Below the pieces are notes generated by a model that worked only from the letters and a program-made list of their open reading frames with translations, was not told the origin of the DNA and made no database searches. Both the position numbers and the translations under genes were made by a program. A stretch of DNA of 64,000 nt from Candidatus Shapirobacteria bacterium (GTDB lineage Bacteria; Patescibacteriota; Microgenomatia; UBA12405), in the NCBI GenBank assembly GCA_022837635.1, contig JALHFY010000001.1, positions 454,512 to 518,511 on the forward strand. Direction: 5' to 3'. Below, piece after piece: positions 19,105 through 28,379 of this stretch. Positions within the stretch are counted from its first letter, which is position 1. Each line of letters opens with the position of its first letter.

Positions 19105-19677
19105 TTAATTTTTGAGAAAGCGGCCAATGGTCAGAAAATCGTTTTGAAGGGCTTTGAGCATGGCACCGTTTCGCAAGCCAGCAGAAGGATGGTAAACAGG
19201 GATAATGGTCAAGGGTAAATCCTGCCACACAATCTCTTTGATTTGCCCGTGAAGTCGACTGATTGATTCGTTGGGGAAAAAATAATCAAGAGCAAAACGA
19301 CCTAAGGTAATCACCACTTTTGGTTTAATAATTTTTAACTGAGCCTTGAGATAGGGCGTGCAGACTTTGATTTCCTCGGGTAAGGGATCACGGTTTTGAG
19401 GCGGACGATGTTTCAGGATGTTACCGATGAAAACTTCAGAGCGAGACACTTGAATCGTATCCAAAAGCTTGTCTAAAAGTTTACCAGAGTTGCCGACAAA
19501 GGGCAAGCCTTGTTGGTCTTCGTAAAAGCCGGGAGCTTCGCCGATAAACATAATTTTGGCTTGAGGATTACCGGTGCCGGGAACTGGGTTGGTGGCACTT
19601 TTATACAAGGGACATTTTTGGCAATTTTTGACCAAATAAGCAATGTATTCTAATTGTTGACCAGGACTGAGAGGCAT
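19105..19677 (-). CDS. Uracil-DNA glycosylase, family 4
   Basis: CQKCPLYKSATNPVPGTGNPQAKIMFIGEAPGFYEDQQGLPFVGNSGKLL and YHPSAGLRN. Confidence 0.85.
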   Translation of the reverse strand: MPLSPGQQLEYIAYLVKNCQKCPLYKSATNPVPGTGNPQAKIMFIGEAPGFYEDQQGLPFVGNSGKLLDKLLDTIQVSRSEVFIGNILKHRPPQNRDPLPEEIKVCTPYLKAQLKIIKPKVVITLGRFALDYFFPNESISRLHGQIKEIVWQDLPLTIIPVYHPSAGLRNGAMLKALQNDFLTIGRFLKN

Positions 19678-19680
19678 AAT

Positions 19681-20124
19681 TTAGAGTTGGACCGGGTTGC
19701 TGTTTTTGTCAACACATTCGGGAACCATACTTTTAGGAAAATTATATTTGGCAACCACATCACAAAGGATGGCACCGTTACCATCGTCGACAATTTGCCA
19801 GTCATTATCTTCTTTGGCAGCTAAGAACCAAGCACCTTCTCCATTTAGTAAAACTGTACCTGAAGCGTACTCGGAGGTAATTTCCTTGATAGTGACCGAG
19901 ACACTGGTGATTGGTAGCTTATGTTTTTGAGCCAGAGCTTCTCTTAATAAGAGTTGATTATCGGGCTTGAGAGTGGGTGATAAATCGGTATCTGGGGTGG
20001 TTGGCATAGAGGTAACAGTGGCGACAGGAGTTGGGACGGGATCGGGTTGTTTTTGGTAAAACATAACTGCAGCAGAGGTGGCTAAAATAGCACCAACAAG
20101 AAAGCCTAAAAGAATATTTCTCAT
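19681..20124 (-). CDS. Hypothetical secreted or membrane-anchored protein with a short PT-rich linker
   Basis: N-terminal hydrophobic anchor MRNILLGFLVGAILATSAAVMF. Then PDPVPTPVATVTSMPTTPDTD. Small C-terminal domain. Confidence 0.4.
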   Translation of the reverse strand: MRNILLGFLVGAILATSAAVMFYQKQPDPVPTPVATVTSMPTTPDTDLSPTLKPDNQLLLREALAQKHKLPITSVSVTIKEITSEYASGTVLLNGEGAWFLAAKEDNDWQIVDDGNGAILCDVVAKYNFPKSMVPECVDKNSNPVQL

Positions 20125-20131
20125 AATTTAT

Positions 20132-21187
20132 TTACCACTGAGGGATAAAATTTTTAATGTTATCTTCGTTGATTATAATCTCTTTTTGACCAGAGAGAAT
20201 CAGAGCAGCGGCTTTACGACATAAAGCTTCAATGTTTCTTTTAAGGGTCCGGACCCCGGCATCAAAACCAAGAGGACGAACAATGTTCATCCAAACAGAA
20301 TCGGCAATTTTCAATTCTTCAGGGGCAACACCGGCATCCTTCAAGGCTTTGGGTAAAATATAATCTTTACCAATAGCAATTTTTTCTTCATCAGAATAAG
20401 AAGGCATTTGAATAGTTTCTAAACGATCCATGACGGCAGTGGCAATGCGACTGGTGTTGTTACAGGTGGCGACAAAAAAGGCTTCGGAGAGATCAAAAGG
20501 ATAATCAATATAATGGTCGGAAAAACGGGCATTTTGTTCAGGGTCTAAGAGCTCGACCAGGACACCCATAATGGTATTAAGAGCATCATCAGCGACACGA
20601 TCAATTTCATCTAAAAGAATAACCGGATTTTTAGTTTGACATTGAGCTAGTGAACGAATAATAATCCCTGGTTCAGCTTCAGGATGAAGACGACTTTGAC
20701 CACGAAGATAAAGAGGATCACCTAGACCACCAAAGGGAATGCGAATAAGTTTGCGACCCATAACCTGGGCGATAGAGGTAGCCATAGTAGTTTTACCGGT
20801 ACCGACCAAACCGGTAAACAAGAGAATGGGGGCACGTAATTTTTCCCCAGGATTACGAGCTTTTTGTAAAGCTAAAACAGAAATATATTCTAAAATTCTT
20901 TGTTTAACTTCATCAAGACCATAATGGTTGCGATTCAGTTCTTCCTGGGCAAAACGAATATCCAAAATATCCTGACTGCGGGTATTCCAAGGAAGAGAGG
21001 TAACCCAATCGAGATATTTAGAGTCAGATTGATAATAGGACCAAAAAGTAGATTCGGAATTGGCATTGACCTCCAGTTGCGCAAAAATATCGTTGATTTT
21101 ATCTTGAAGACCGGCAGGCAGGTCAGCACCAGAAACTTTCTGTTTTAATTTTTCAATTGCCGCCGCAATAGTTAATTTCTCATCCAC
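20132..21187 (-). CDS. Lon-like AAA+ ATPase module (no LonN domain and no S16 protease domain)
   Basis: ...LDWVTSLPWNTRS...HYGLDEVKQRILEYISV...LLFTGLVGTGKTTMATSIAQVMGRKLIRIPFGGLGDPLYLRGQSR...NPVILLDEIDRV...LLDPEQNARFSDHYIDYPFDLSEAFFVATCN...AGVRTLKRNIEALCRKAA aligns motif-for-motif with the Lon AAA+ core. The ORF is only 351 aa, and the flanking genes leave no room for a protease domain. Confidence 0.8.
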   Translation of the reverse strand: MDEKLTIAAAIEKLKQKVSGADLPAGLQDKINDIFAQLEVNANSESTFWSYYQSDSKYLDWVTSLPWNTRSQDILDIRFAQEELNRNHYGLDEVKQRILEYISVLALQKARNPGEKLRAPILLFTGLVGTGKTTMATSIAQVMGRKLIRIPFGGLGDPLYLRGQSRLHPEAEPGIIIRSLAQCQTKNPVILLDEIDRVADDALNTIMGVLVELLDPEQNARFSDHYIDYPFDLSEAFFVATCNNTSRIATAVMDRLETIQMPSYSDEEKIAIGKDYILPKALKDAGVAPEELKIADSVWMNIVRPLGFDAGVRTLKRNIEALCRKAAALILSGQKEIIINEDNIKNFIPQW

Positions 21188-21207
21188 AAAAAGAGTATAC
21201 AGGAAAT

Positions 21208-23394
21208 TTACTTTCTCTTAAAATTAGCGCGGTGGGGATTGGGAGAGAAGTTTTTGAACTCGCGATGGGCTGAGCCTCGGTCAGGATTTTGGCGGGGAGT
21301 CCCCGGATGAGCCGCTTTGAATTCGGGAGAAGACAATTTAATTTGATGATTGTCGTTGAAACCGGCAATTTTAACTTTCAGCTTATCCCCTATTTTGATA
21401 ATGGAACTGGGATCGGAAAGAAAACCACCGCTCATTTCGGAAACATGTAAAAGTGCTTCACGACCGGGCAAAAATTCAATAAAGGCACCATAGTTTTCAA
21501 CTCTGGTGACAACACCTTCGTATTCTTCACCAACCTGAACCTCTTTGATCATAGATTCAATTTCATAGGCGGCAGCTTCAATTTTGTCCTTATCAGGCGA
21601 GGAAATAGAACAACGACCATCATCGTCAATATCGATGTCAACGCTATATTTTTCCATTAAAGCTTTGATAGTTTTACCACCGGAACCGATGACTTCACCG
21701 ATTTTATCTTCAGGTAAATTAACCAATTTAATCTTGGGAGCGTAAACGGATAATTCTTTCCTAGGTTCGGGAAGAACGGAATCGATTTTGTCTAAAATTT
21801 GGAGACGGGCTTTAGTGGAAGCGACAAAGGTATCACGAATCATGTCCATAGATAAACCCATTCTCTTGATATCCAATTGAATGGCAGTAATACCATGACG
21901 GGTACCGGTGATTTTGAAATCCATATCGCCACAATGGTCTTCAATACCAGCAATATCAGTTAACAAGATATATTTTTGACTATCCGAAATCATACCGATA
22001 GAAATACCAGCCACCTTGTCTTTAATAGGGACACCGGCATCCATCAGAGACAGAGTTGAACCACAAGTGGAGGCCATAGAAGAAGAACCATTTTGGGATA
22101 AAACTTCAGAGGTGAGAGTAATGGTGTAAGGGAATTCGTCAATGGAAGGAATAACTGGCACCAGGGCTTTTTCAGCTAAAGCCCCATGACCGACTTCACG
22201 ACGACCGGGACGACCAAAACGGCCGGTTTGACCGGTAGAAAAAGGAGCGGCGGAATAGTAATGAAGATATCTTTTGGTGACCTCGCCATTACTGTCCTGG
22301 AGATATTGTTGCTCAGCCAAAGAGCCTAGAGTGGTCACCGTTAAGGCTTGAGTTAAACCTCTTTCAAAAAGAGCGGAACCATGGGTACAAGGTAGAACTC
22401 CAGCCTCGATATTCAAAGGACGAATCTCGTCAATAGCCCTTTTGTCATAACGATTGCCTTTGAGAGTGGCTTCGCGTAAATATTTACGGACTAAAGTATC
22501 GACAGCTTCCATTAAAAAGTTGAGTTCAACTTCTTCAGATTTAATTTTGGCTTCATAATGATCTTTGATTTTTTCTTTGATGGCTTCTTCGGCGGCCATA
22601 TGGGTACCATCAAGCCCGTCAGTGACAAATTTTTCCAGGTCAGTTTTGATCAATTTTTCAACTTCATCAATTAAGGCTTGAGTCGGAGCCATAGGCTCAT
22701 AATTAATTTTCTTTTTACCGAATTTTTTGGCAAAATCTTCCAATTGAGAGTTAATGTCCTGGCCAGTGGTAAAGGCTAAATCTAAAGCTTTGAGAACAGT
22801 GTCGTTGTCGACAATGTTGGCATCGGCTTCGATCATATTAATCCCCTCTTTATCTTTACAAGCCAAAAGATCGAGAGAAGAATTAAGTTGTTCGGAAATA
22901 CTGGGGAACAGGGTTAATTTTTGGTCATTAAGACCGACTCGGACAATAGAAACCGGACCATTGAAGGGAATGTCGGAAAGCATAAGAGCGGCGGTGGCGG
23001 CGGTAAAGGCGGGAATGACCACGTCATTTTCTTTGTCATTACTTAAAACAGTGGCGACAACCTGGACTTCATACTTAAAATCAGCGGGAAATAGAGGTCG
23101 AATGGAACGGTCGATAATGCGACCAAAAAGAATAGCGGTGTCAGAAGGAGCGCCCTCACGTTTGACCCATTTGCCACCTTTAATCAAACCACCCGCATAG
23201 AGTTTGTCTACAAACTCAACTGAGAGAGGAAAATAATCTTTGGATTTATCGATGGCACCTAAAACTACAGTGGCTAAAACCACCGTCTGACCCATTTGGG
23301 CTAAAACACTAGCGTTGGCTTGGGGAGCTAATTGACCTGTAGTCAGGATAATTTTTTTGCTGCCGAGAGCAATTTCGTGAGTATTTTTGGGCAT
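21208..23394 (-). CDS. pnp: Polyribonucleotide nucleotidyltransferase (PNPase) with C-terminal KH and S1 domains
   Basis: MPKNTHEIALGSKKIILTTGQLAPQANASVLAQMGQTVVLATVV. Two RNase PH-like cores. KH (GKTIKAL) and S1 (GEEYEGVVTRVENYGAFIEF). Confidence 0.9.
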   Translation of the reverse strand: MPKNTHEIALGSKKIILTTGQLAPQANASVLAQMGQTVVLATVVLGAIDKSKDYFPLSVEFVDKLYAGGLIKGGKWVKREGAPSDTAILFGRIIDRSIRPLFPADFKYEVQVVATVLSNDKENDVVIPAFTAATAALMLSDIPFNGPVSIVRVGLNDQKLTLFPSISEQLNSSLDLLACKDKEGINMIEADANIVDNDTVLKALDLAFTTGQDINSQLEDFAKKFGKKKINYEPMAPTQALIDEVEKLIKTDLEKFVTDGLDGTHMAAEEAIKEKIKDHYEAKIKSEEVELNFLMEAVDTLVRKYLREATLKGNRYDKRAIDEIRPLNIEAGVLPCTHGSALFERGLTQALTVTTLGSLAEQQYLQDSNGEVTKRYLHYYSAAPFSTGQTGRFGRPGRREVGHGALAEKALVPVIPSIDEFPYTITLTSEVLSQNGSSSMASTCGSTLSLMDAGVPIKDKVAGISIGMISDSQKYILLTDIAGIEDHCGDMDFKITGTRHGITAIQLDIKRMGLSMDMIRDTFVASTKARLQILDKIDSVLPEPRKELSVYAPKIKLVNLPEDKIGEVIGSGGKTIKALMEKYSVDIDIDDDGRCSISSPDKDKIEAAAYEIESMIKEVQVGEEYEGVVTRVENYGAFIEFLPGREALLHVSEMSGGFLSDPSSIIKIGDKLKVKIAGFNDNHQIKLSSPEFKAAHPGTPRQNPDRGSAHREFKNFSPNPHRANFKRK

Positions 23395-23399
23395 GGGAT

Positions 23400-23669
23400 T
23401 TACTTTTTCAAATTAAGACTCTTGATAACCTTTTGATATCTTTCTTCATTATGAATAGAGAGATAGCGAAGCAAACGACGACGTTTAGCAATTTTGCTTA
23501 ACAAGCCACGTTTGGCCGGAGAATCATGTTTATTTTCACCCAAATGTCCTTGGAGTTTTTCAATTTCTTTGGAAAGAATGGCTACCTGAATTTCAGGAGA
23601 GCCGGTATCACCCTTGGCTTGGGAGAACTTTTCAATAATTTCTTTTTTTTCTTCAGCGGTTAATGCCAT
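23400..23669 (-). CDS. rpsO: 30S ribosomal protein S15
   Basis: MALTAEEKKEIIEKFSQAKGDTGSPEIQVAILSKEIEKLQGHL...HDSPAKRGLLSKIAKRRRLLRYL. Confidence 0.9.
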   Translation of the reverse strand: MALTAEEKKEIIEKFSQAKGDTGSPEIQVAILSKEIEKLQGHLGENKHDSPAKRGLLSKIAKRRRLLRYLSIHNEERYQKVIKSLNLKK

Positions 23670-23745
23670 GAATTAAAAGGCTAAAAACGGTTAAATAATA
23701 AAAGTTTCGGAATGGCTCCCGAAAGACCGTATTTAGTCAGGGAAA

Positions 23746-23778
23746 ATTATAGCACAGTTTAGGAATTAAATCCCTTCA
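23746..23778 (-). promoter_or_regulatory. Candidate rpsO promoter (extended -10 TGcTATAAT) followed by a short leader hairpin
   Basis: Minus strand: ...tttaattcctaaactgTGcTATAATtttccc... The leader downstream contains stem TTTCGG/CCGAAA (plus-strand 23706-23726). Confidence 0.3.
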
Positions 23779-23978
23779 GTATGGGCTGGTTTTTGGATAC
23801 AAGAGCGATTTGGGTTGTTATTGATAAGAGTCACACTATCTTGAGTAAACTGAAAATGACAACCATCACAACGTTGATTGTTGTTAGGAGAAAGTTGATG
23901 ATAAATAGTAATTCGACCTTTATAAGCAATGTTTTTGGTAGAGACAAGATCAACTCCACAAGGTAACTCTTTTTTCAT
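23766..23978 (-). CDS. Small hypothetical Cys-containing protein
   Basis: 70-aa ORF (CGVD...CDGCHF...C). No homology recognised. Confidence 0.3.
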   Translation of the reverse strand: MKKELPCGVDLVSTKNIAYKGRITIYHQLSPNNNQRCDGCHFQFTQDSVTLINNNPNRSCIQKPAHTEGI

Positions 23979-23994
23979 GAAATTGTTTTAATAA

Positions 23995-24789
23995 TTAAGC
24001 CGTTGGGGTGGGATTAGGCTGGTTGGTACCAGGCATTAGATTGCCTGATTTTTCCACATTTTCAATAGGTGTGGCTTCAACCGGAGGAGTAAAGGCAACT
24101 TGGGTGGCTCGCAAACAAAGGGCACCGGCTTCAAAGGTTTCCGGAGAAACGTTGACACTAAAGGATTGAGTGGCTACACGAAGACCAATTAACAGATTCT
24201 TGGCGACTTCAGGATCCATTTCCAAATTAAGTAAAGGTAAAAGGAAGGTTAAAATTTCGGAAAAAGGAGCATCGGGATCAAAAACAGTCGCTTTAGCCCA
24301 AAGTTTTTGGGATTGAGTGGGAGTAATTAAAACCCAGTTACCTTGATTGACAATGGAGGCTTTTTCTCCCAAAACTGACTCATCACCAAAGATAAAAGAT
24401 AAATCGGCACTAGCAGCATTGTTGTTGATTTGGATTTGATTGGTTTCCACTTTGGCAGCACCGGATTTGGTTTTGACCACCAAATTTAGACGACCACCGT
24501 CATCATTGTAAGAAACAGCTTCAATTTGATCGATAGGATAATCCAAAGATAAGACTAAATCGGAATTACTATAAGTGTCAGTCAACATCTCTAAACCACC
24601 AAGTTTTTGATAATTTTGATCAGGTTTTTGAGGACAAAAAACAGTCACCTGTTTACCCGATTTTTTCAGAGATAAGGCCAAAGCTAAGGCCGAGGCCAAA
24701 CCATCAACCGATAAAGTTGGAACCGCCACTAAAATACTTTTGGCGGTGGACAGCAAATTGTTGATTTCAGTAACGTTGTAGTTTTTCAT
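23995..24789 (-). CDS. NrnA-like DHH/DHHA1-fold protein with degenerate catalytic motifs
   Basis: Sits at the infB-(rbfA/nrnA/truB)-rpsO synteny position. ILVAVPTLSVDGLASALALALSL and EVAKNLLIGLRVATQSF parallel NrnA blocks (IILHRHVRPDPDAYGS... and AxxLxxGIxxDTGxF). The DHH/DHHA1 metal-binding His/Asp residues are replaced. Confidence 0.45.
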   Translation of the reverse strand: MKNYNVTEINNLLSTAKSILVAVPTLSVDGLASALALALSLKKSGKQVTVFCPQKPDQNYQKLGGLEMLTDTYSNSDLVLSLDYPIDQIEAVSYNDDGGRLNLVVKTKSGAAKVETNQIQINNNAASADLSFIFGDESVLGEKASIVNQGNWVLITPTQSQKLWAKATVFDPDAPFSEILTFLLPLLNLEMDPEVAKNLLIGLRVATQSFSVNVSPETFEAGALCLRATQVAFTPPVEATPIENVEKSGNLMPGTNQPNPTPTA

Positions 24790-26219
24790 TTCTTATAGGC
24801 TATTATACCATCTCCGACCTTAAAGTCAACATAGGGTTTAAAGGTCATACCGCACTCATTACCAGCCTTGACTTTATCGACCACATCCTTACCTTGGCGA
24901 ATACCTTCAACAATAGTGTTTTTGTGAATTTGATCGTCACGCATCAAATGGACAGTATCGCCTTTGGTGATTTCACCCTTGGTAACTTTAAGTCCGGCAA
25001 TACGAACCTTATTAATCTTAAATTCGGCAATAATAGTCCCCTCGCCTAGGATAGTGTCTTCAATGGTCGGATCAAGCATTTTGAGAACTTGGGCTTGGAT
25101 ATTTTCAATAATTTCGTAAATAATTTTGGATTCAATAATAGTCACCTTTTCGTTGTCGGCAAGATTTCTGATGGTTTTACTGACCGGAACATTAAAGGCA
25201 AAAAGTTGGGCATGACCGGTTTTGGCGGCGATAATATCGTTGTCATTGACTGGACCGACTCCGGAACTGATAATTCTGACATCATCACTAAGACTGCCTT
25301 TGAGAGCCTCCAGAGTACCTTCAACGTCGGCTTTAAGAACAATATGAAGTTGGGGATTGTCAATATCGACGGCAGCATCAGTATTAGTACTAGAAGAACT
25401 TTTTTCTATTTCGTGAGGAGTGGCAGTCAGTACGGAACCAACCATAGGCACAGAGGTAAAACCTAGAATTTCTACGGGAGTGGCAGGACCAGCTTCGGTG
25501 ATATTTTTACCCTCGGAATTAACCAAAGCTTTAACTTTAACCGGAGTGGTATCAATGAAGAATTGGTCACCAACGCGCAGAGTACCTTGTTTGACGATAA
25601 CTGAGGCTAAAGGACCACGTTGATTATCTAGGCGAGATTCAATTACGACAGCTTCTAGGTCTTTATCCGGTTCTGCCTTAAGTTCCATGATATCGGCATT
25701 AAGTAAGATTAATTCCAAAAGTTTGTCAATACCTTCACCAGTTTTACCGGAAACCGGAACCACAGCAATTTGACCACCGTAATCCTCAGGAACCAGATCC
25801 ATTTCTACCAATTGACCTTTGACCATATCAGGATTGCGGGTATCAAGATCGAATTTGGTCAAGGCGACAATGACCGGTAAATTATTATTTTTAATCTCTT
25901 TGATACATTCTTTGGTCTGGGCCATAACACCATCAGTAGCGGAAATGACCAAGACAACAATATCGGTGACATTGGCACCACGGGAACGCATGGCGCAAAA
26001 AGCGGCATGACCGGGCGTATCGATGAAGGTAATCAGACGTGGACCTTCTTTGGTATCAACTTCAGTTTGATAGGAGGAAATATGTTGAGTAATACCACCG
26101 GATTCCTTTTGAGCCACCCTAGCATGACGAATTTTATCCAAAAGAGTGGTTTTACCATGATCGATATGACCCATGACGGTAACAATAGGCGGACGAAATT
26201 TAGTAGTGTTTTGAGTCAT
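24786..26219 (-). CDS. infB: Translation initiation factor IF-2 (short form, G domain to C-terminus)
   Basis: RPPIVTVMGHIDHGKTTLLDKIRHARVAQKESGGITQHI (G1). DTPGHAAF (G3). VALTKFD (G4). 477 aa. Confidence 0.9.
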   Translation of the reverse strand: MTQNTTKFRPPIVTVMGHIDHGKTTLLDKIRHARVAQKESGGITQHISSYQTEVDTKEGPRLITFIDTPGHAAFCAMRSRGANVTDIVVLVISATDGVMAQTKECIKEIKNNNLPVIVALTKFDLDTRNPDMVKGQLVEMDLVPEDYGGQIAVVPVSGKTGEGIDKLLELILLNADIMELKAEPDKDLEAVVIESRLDNQRGPLASVIVKQGTLRVGDQFFIDTTPVKVKALVNSEGKNITEAGPATPVEILGFTSVPMVGSVLTATPHEIEKSSSSTNTDAAVDIDNPQLHIVLKADVEGTLEALKGSLSDDVRIISSGVGPVNDNDIIAAKTGHAQLFAFNVPVSKTIRNLADNEKVTIIESKIIYEIIENIQAQVLKMLDPTIEDTILGEGTIIAEFKINKVRIAGLKVTKGEITKGDTVHLMRDDQIHKNTIVEGIRQGKDVVDKVKAGNECGMTFKPYVDFKVGDGIIAYKK

Positions 26220-26285
26220 ATGTTGTTACGTAAATTTCAATAACCAAATCTACAAGAAACAAACAATATCCAATTTTTCAAATTC

Positions 26286-26324
26286 CAAATTACAAAGAGT
26301 TTGAGATTTGTTATTTGTAATTTG
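26286..26324. promoter_or_regulatory. Perfect 11-bp inverted repeat (CAAATTACAAA ... TTTGTAATTTG) in the nusA-infB spacer, followed by T-rich GGTTATT repeats
   Basis: caaattacaaagagtttgagatttgttatttgtaatttg then tttggaaattgttttttggttattggttatttttatt. Confidence 0.5.
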
Positions 26325-26363
26325 TTTGGAAATTGTTTTTTGGTTATTGGTTATTTTTATTAA

Positions 26364-27350
26364 TTATTTTTTGGCGCTGACTTTGATGTCGATGTCAGTC
26401 AGAATGCCGGCAAGACGAACATTTTCACCACCGGAACCAATGGCGAGAGCCAGTTGATCTTCAGGCACTTGAACCTCAGCCACACCGTCTTTGAGGGAAA
26501 TAATTTCCACATTTTCGGCTGGAGAGAGGGCATTGATGATGAATTGATTTTGGTTTTTAGAATAAGCCACCACATCAACCTTTTCCTCGGTAGGTAGTTC
26601 GTTGAGAACGGATTGGATGCGAGAACCTTTTTGACCAATACAAGAACCAACCGGATCGATGCCTTTTTGAGTCGAAAAAACAGCTACCTTGGTTCGTTGA
26701 CCAGCATCACGAGCCACTTTTTCAATGGTTACGGTGCGATTACCAACTTCCGGTACTTCGCGGATAAAAAGTTGTTTAATAAACTCAGGATCGCGACGAG
26801 ACAGAATAATATCTTTGCGACCAGTGACTTCATCACTTTGAATTTCTTTGATCAGAAAGAGTTTTTTGGAACCAAGGGCAATGATTTCATTTCTAATTTG
26901 TTCGTCTTTGGGACAAATACCTTCGGTTTTAGCAATTCCGACTGTAATTTTATAAGGATCGGAGCGCAAAGCCACACCTAGAACCAAGGAACCGATTTTT
27001 TGTTCATATTCGGAAATAATGGTGTCACGTTCAACTTCATGAATTTTTTGATCAATAACTTGTTTGGCGGTCATGGCGGCAATACGGCCAAAACCGGGAG
27101 GAGTCACCTCAGTTTTTTTATCACCATTAATTTCAAAAATAGCAAAAGAGCCGGTTTCCGGGGATAATTCGACTTCAAAAACAGCCTCTTCAGCGACAAT
27201 AGTGCCACGTTCTTTTTGATCCCGGCGATAAGCTGAAACCAGACCAGCCTCGATGGCATCCAAAATCTCTTGAGGATCGATATTTCTCTCACCCGCAATT
27301 TGAGCCACAGCGGCGGCAAATTCAGTTTTTGGTAGTTTTCTAATGTCCAT
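26364..27350 (-). CDS. nusA: Transcription termination/antitermination factor NusA (NTD + S1 + KH domains; no AR1/AR2)
   Basis: MDIRKLPKTEFAAAVAQIAGERNIDPQEILDAIEAGLVSAYRR. S1 and KH regions present. Confidence 0.9.
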   Translation of the reverse strand: MDIRKLPKTEFAAAVAQIAGERNIDPQEILDAIEAGLVSAYRRDQKERGTIVAEEAVFEVELSPETGSFAIFEINGDKKTEVTPPGFGRIAAMTAKQVIDQKIHEVERDTIISEYEQKIGSLVLGVALRSDPYKITVGIAKTEGICPKDEQIRNEIIALGSKKLFLIKEIQSDEVTGRKDIILSRRDPEFIKQLFIREVPEVGNRTVTIEKVARDAGQRTKVAVFSTQKGIDPVGSCIGQKGSRIQSVLNELPTEEKVDVVAYSKNQNQFIINALSPAENVEIISLKDGVAEVQVPEDQLALAIGSGGENVRLAGILTDIDIKVSAKK

Positions 27351-27440
27351 ATTTATCCTTTTGGTAAATGAAAAATGGGGACACGCCGGCCCCCATTCCG
27401 AATACCACAGATTAACTTGGGTATTATAACAGATTAAAGC

Positions 27441-28301
27441 TTATAAACCTAACTCTTTAACCAGGTCTTTTTGACGGGAGGTGAGGCGGGAAGGAATAGT
27501 AATATTCAGGCGAATGTAAAAATCGCCAACACCATAACCGGTAACATTTTTAATACCTTTACCGCGGAGACGAACCAAGGTACCGGGTTGGGTTCCGGCT
27601 TTAACTCTAACTTTAAGAGTACCGGTCAGAGTGGGGACTTCGATAACATCTCCCAAAATAGCCTGGGTTAAGGTAATAGTTTGATTAACAAAGACATCGT
27701 TGCCATCGCGACGGAAAATTTTGTCAGGTAGAACGTCAATATAGAGATTAAAATTAGTGAATTTAATCCGTTGACCATCATCAACTCCGGCCGGAATTTT
27801 GATTTTTTTAGCTTTACCATCAATTTCAACTTCTTTTTCAACACCTAGGGCGGCTTCTAAAAAAGTTAATTGGAGTTTATAAGTGGGCACTTGGCGTCGA
27901 GCTTGACCGCCAAAGGAGGCACCACCCATACCAAAAAATTGTTCAAAAATATCAAAAGGGTTGGAAAAACCGCCAAATTGGAAATCAGCTCCCTGACCAC
28001 CGCCACTTTGCCAGGTAAAGTGATAAGGACCGCTTTGTTGACTGTAGGTGTTGCCGCCAAAATTACCGCCACCTTGGCTGGGATCGAAAGCGGCATGACC
28101 AAACTGATCGTAGGCGGCACGTTTTTGGTCGTTACTAAGGACTTCGTAAGCTTCGTTGATTTCTTTGAATTTTTCTTCAGCATCAGGCGATTTATTTTTG
28201 TCGGGATGCCAAGCCATAGCCTGTTTACGATAGGCCGATTTGATATCGTCTTTGGTAGCATTCTTAGAAACTCCTAGAGTTTCATAAAAATCTTTTTTCA
28301 T
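27441..28301 (-). CDS. dnaJ: DnaJ-class co-chaperone, type II / CbpA-like (J domain + G/F region + CTDs; no CxxCxGxG zinc finger)
   Basis: [36 protein letters not shown]-rich stretch. No Cys repeats. Confidence 0.85.
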   Translation of the reverse strand: MKKDFYETLGVSKNATKDDIKSAYRKQAMAWHPDKNKSPDAEEKFKEINEAYEVLSNDQKRAAYDQFGHAAFDPSQGGGNFGGNTYSQQSGPYHFTWQSGGGQGADFQFGGFSNPFDIFEQFFGMGGASFGGQARRQVPTYKLQLTFLEAALGVEKEVEIDGKAKKIKIPAGVDDGQRIKFTNFNLYIDVLPDKIFRRDGNDVFVNQTITLTQAILGDVIEVPTLTGTLKVRVKAGTQPGTLVRLRGKGIKNVTGYGVGDFYIRLNITIPSRLTSRQKDLVKELGL

Positions 28302-28351
28302 GCTCTGCTATTTTAGCGAAATAATTTGAAAATAGTTCTCTTTAATGGATT

Positions 28352-28379
28352 GTAGAGACGCCCCGCAGGGCGTCTCTAC
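28352..28379. promoter_or_regulatory. GC-rich 12-bp perfect stem-loop between dnaK and dnaJ, with no flanking U-tract
   Basis: gtagagacgcccCGCAgggcgtctctac in otherwise AT-rich DNA. No T-run on either strand. Confidence 0.5.

Noticed and set aside
22754-23200. 148-aa plus-strand ORF
   Set aside because: Antisense to pnp. No motifs.
28352-28379. GC-rich hairpin as a rho-independent terminator for dnaK
   Set aside because: No U-tract follows the stem on either strand, and dnaJ lies immediately downstream in the same orientation. Kept only as a regulatory or stability stem-loop.
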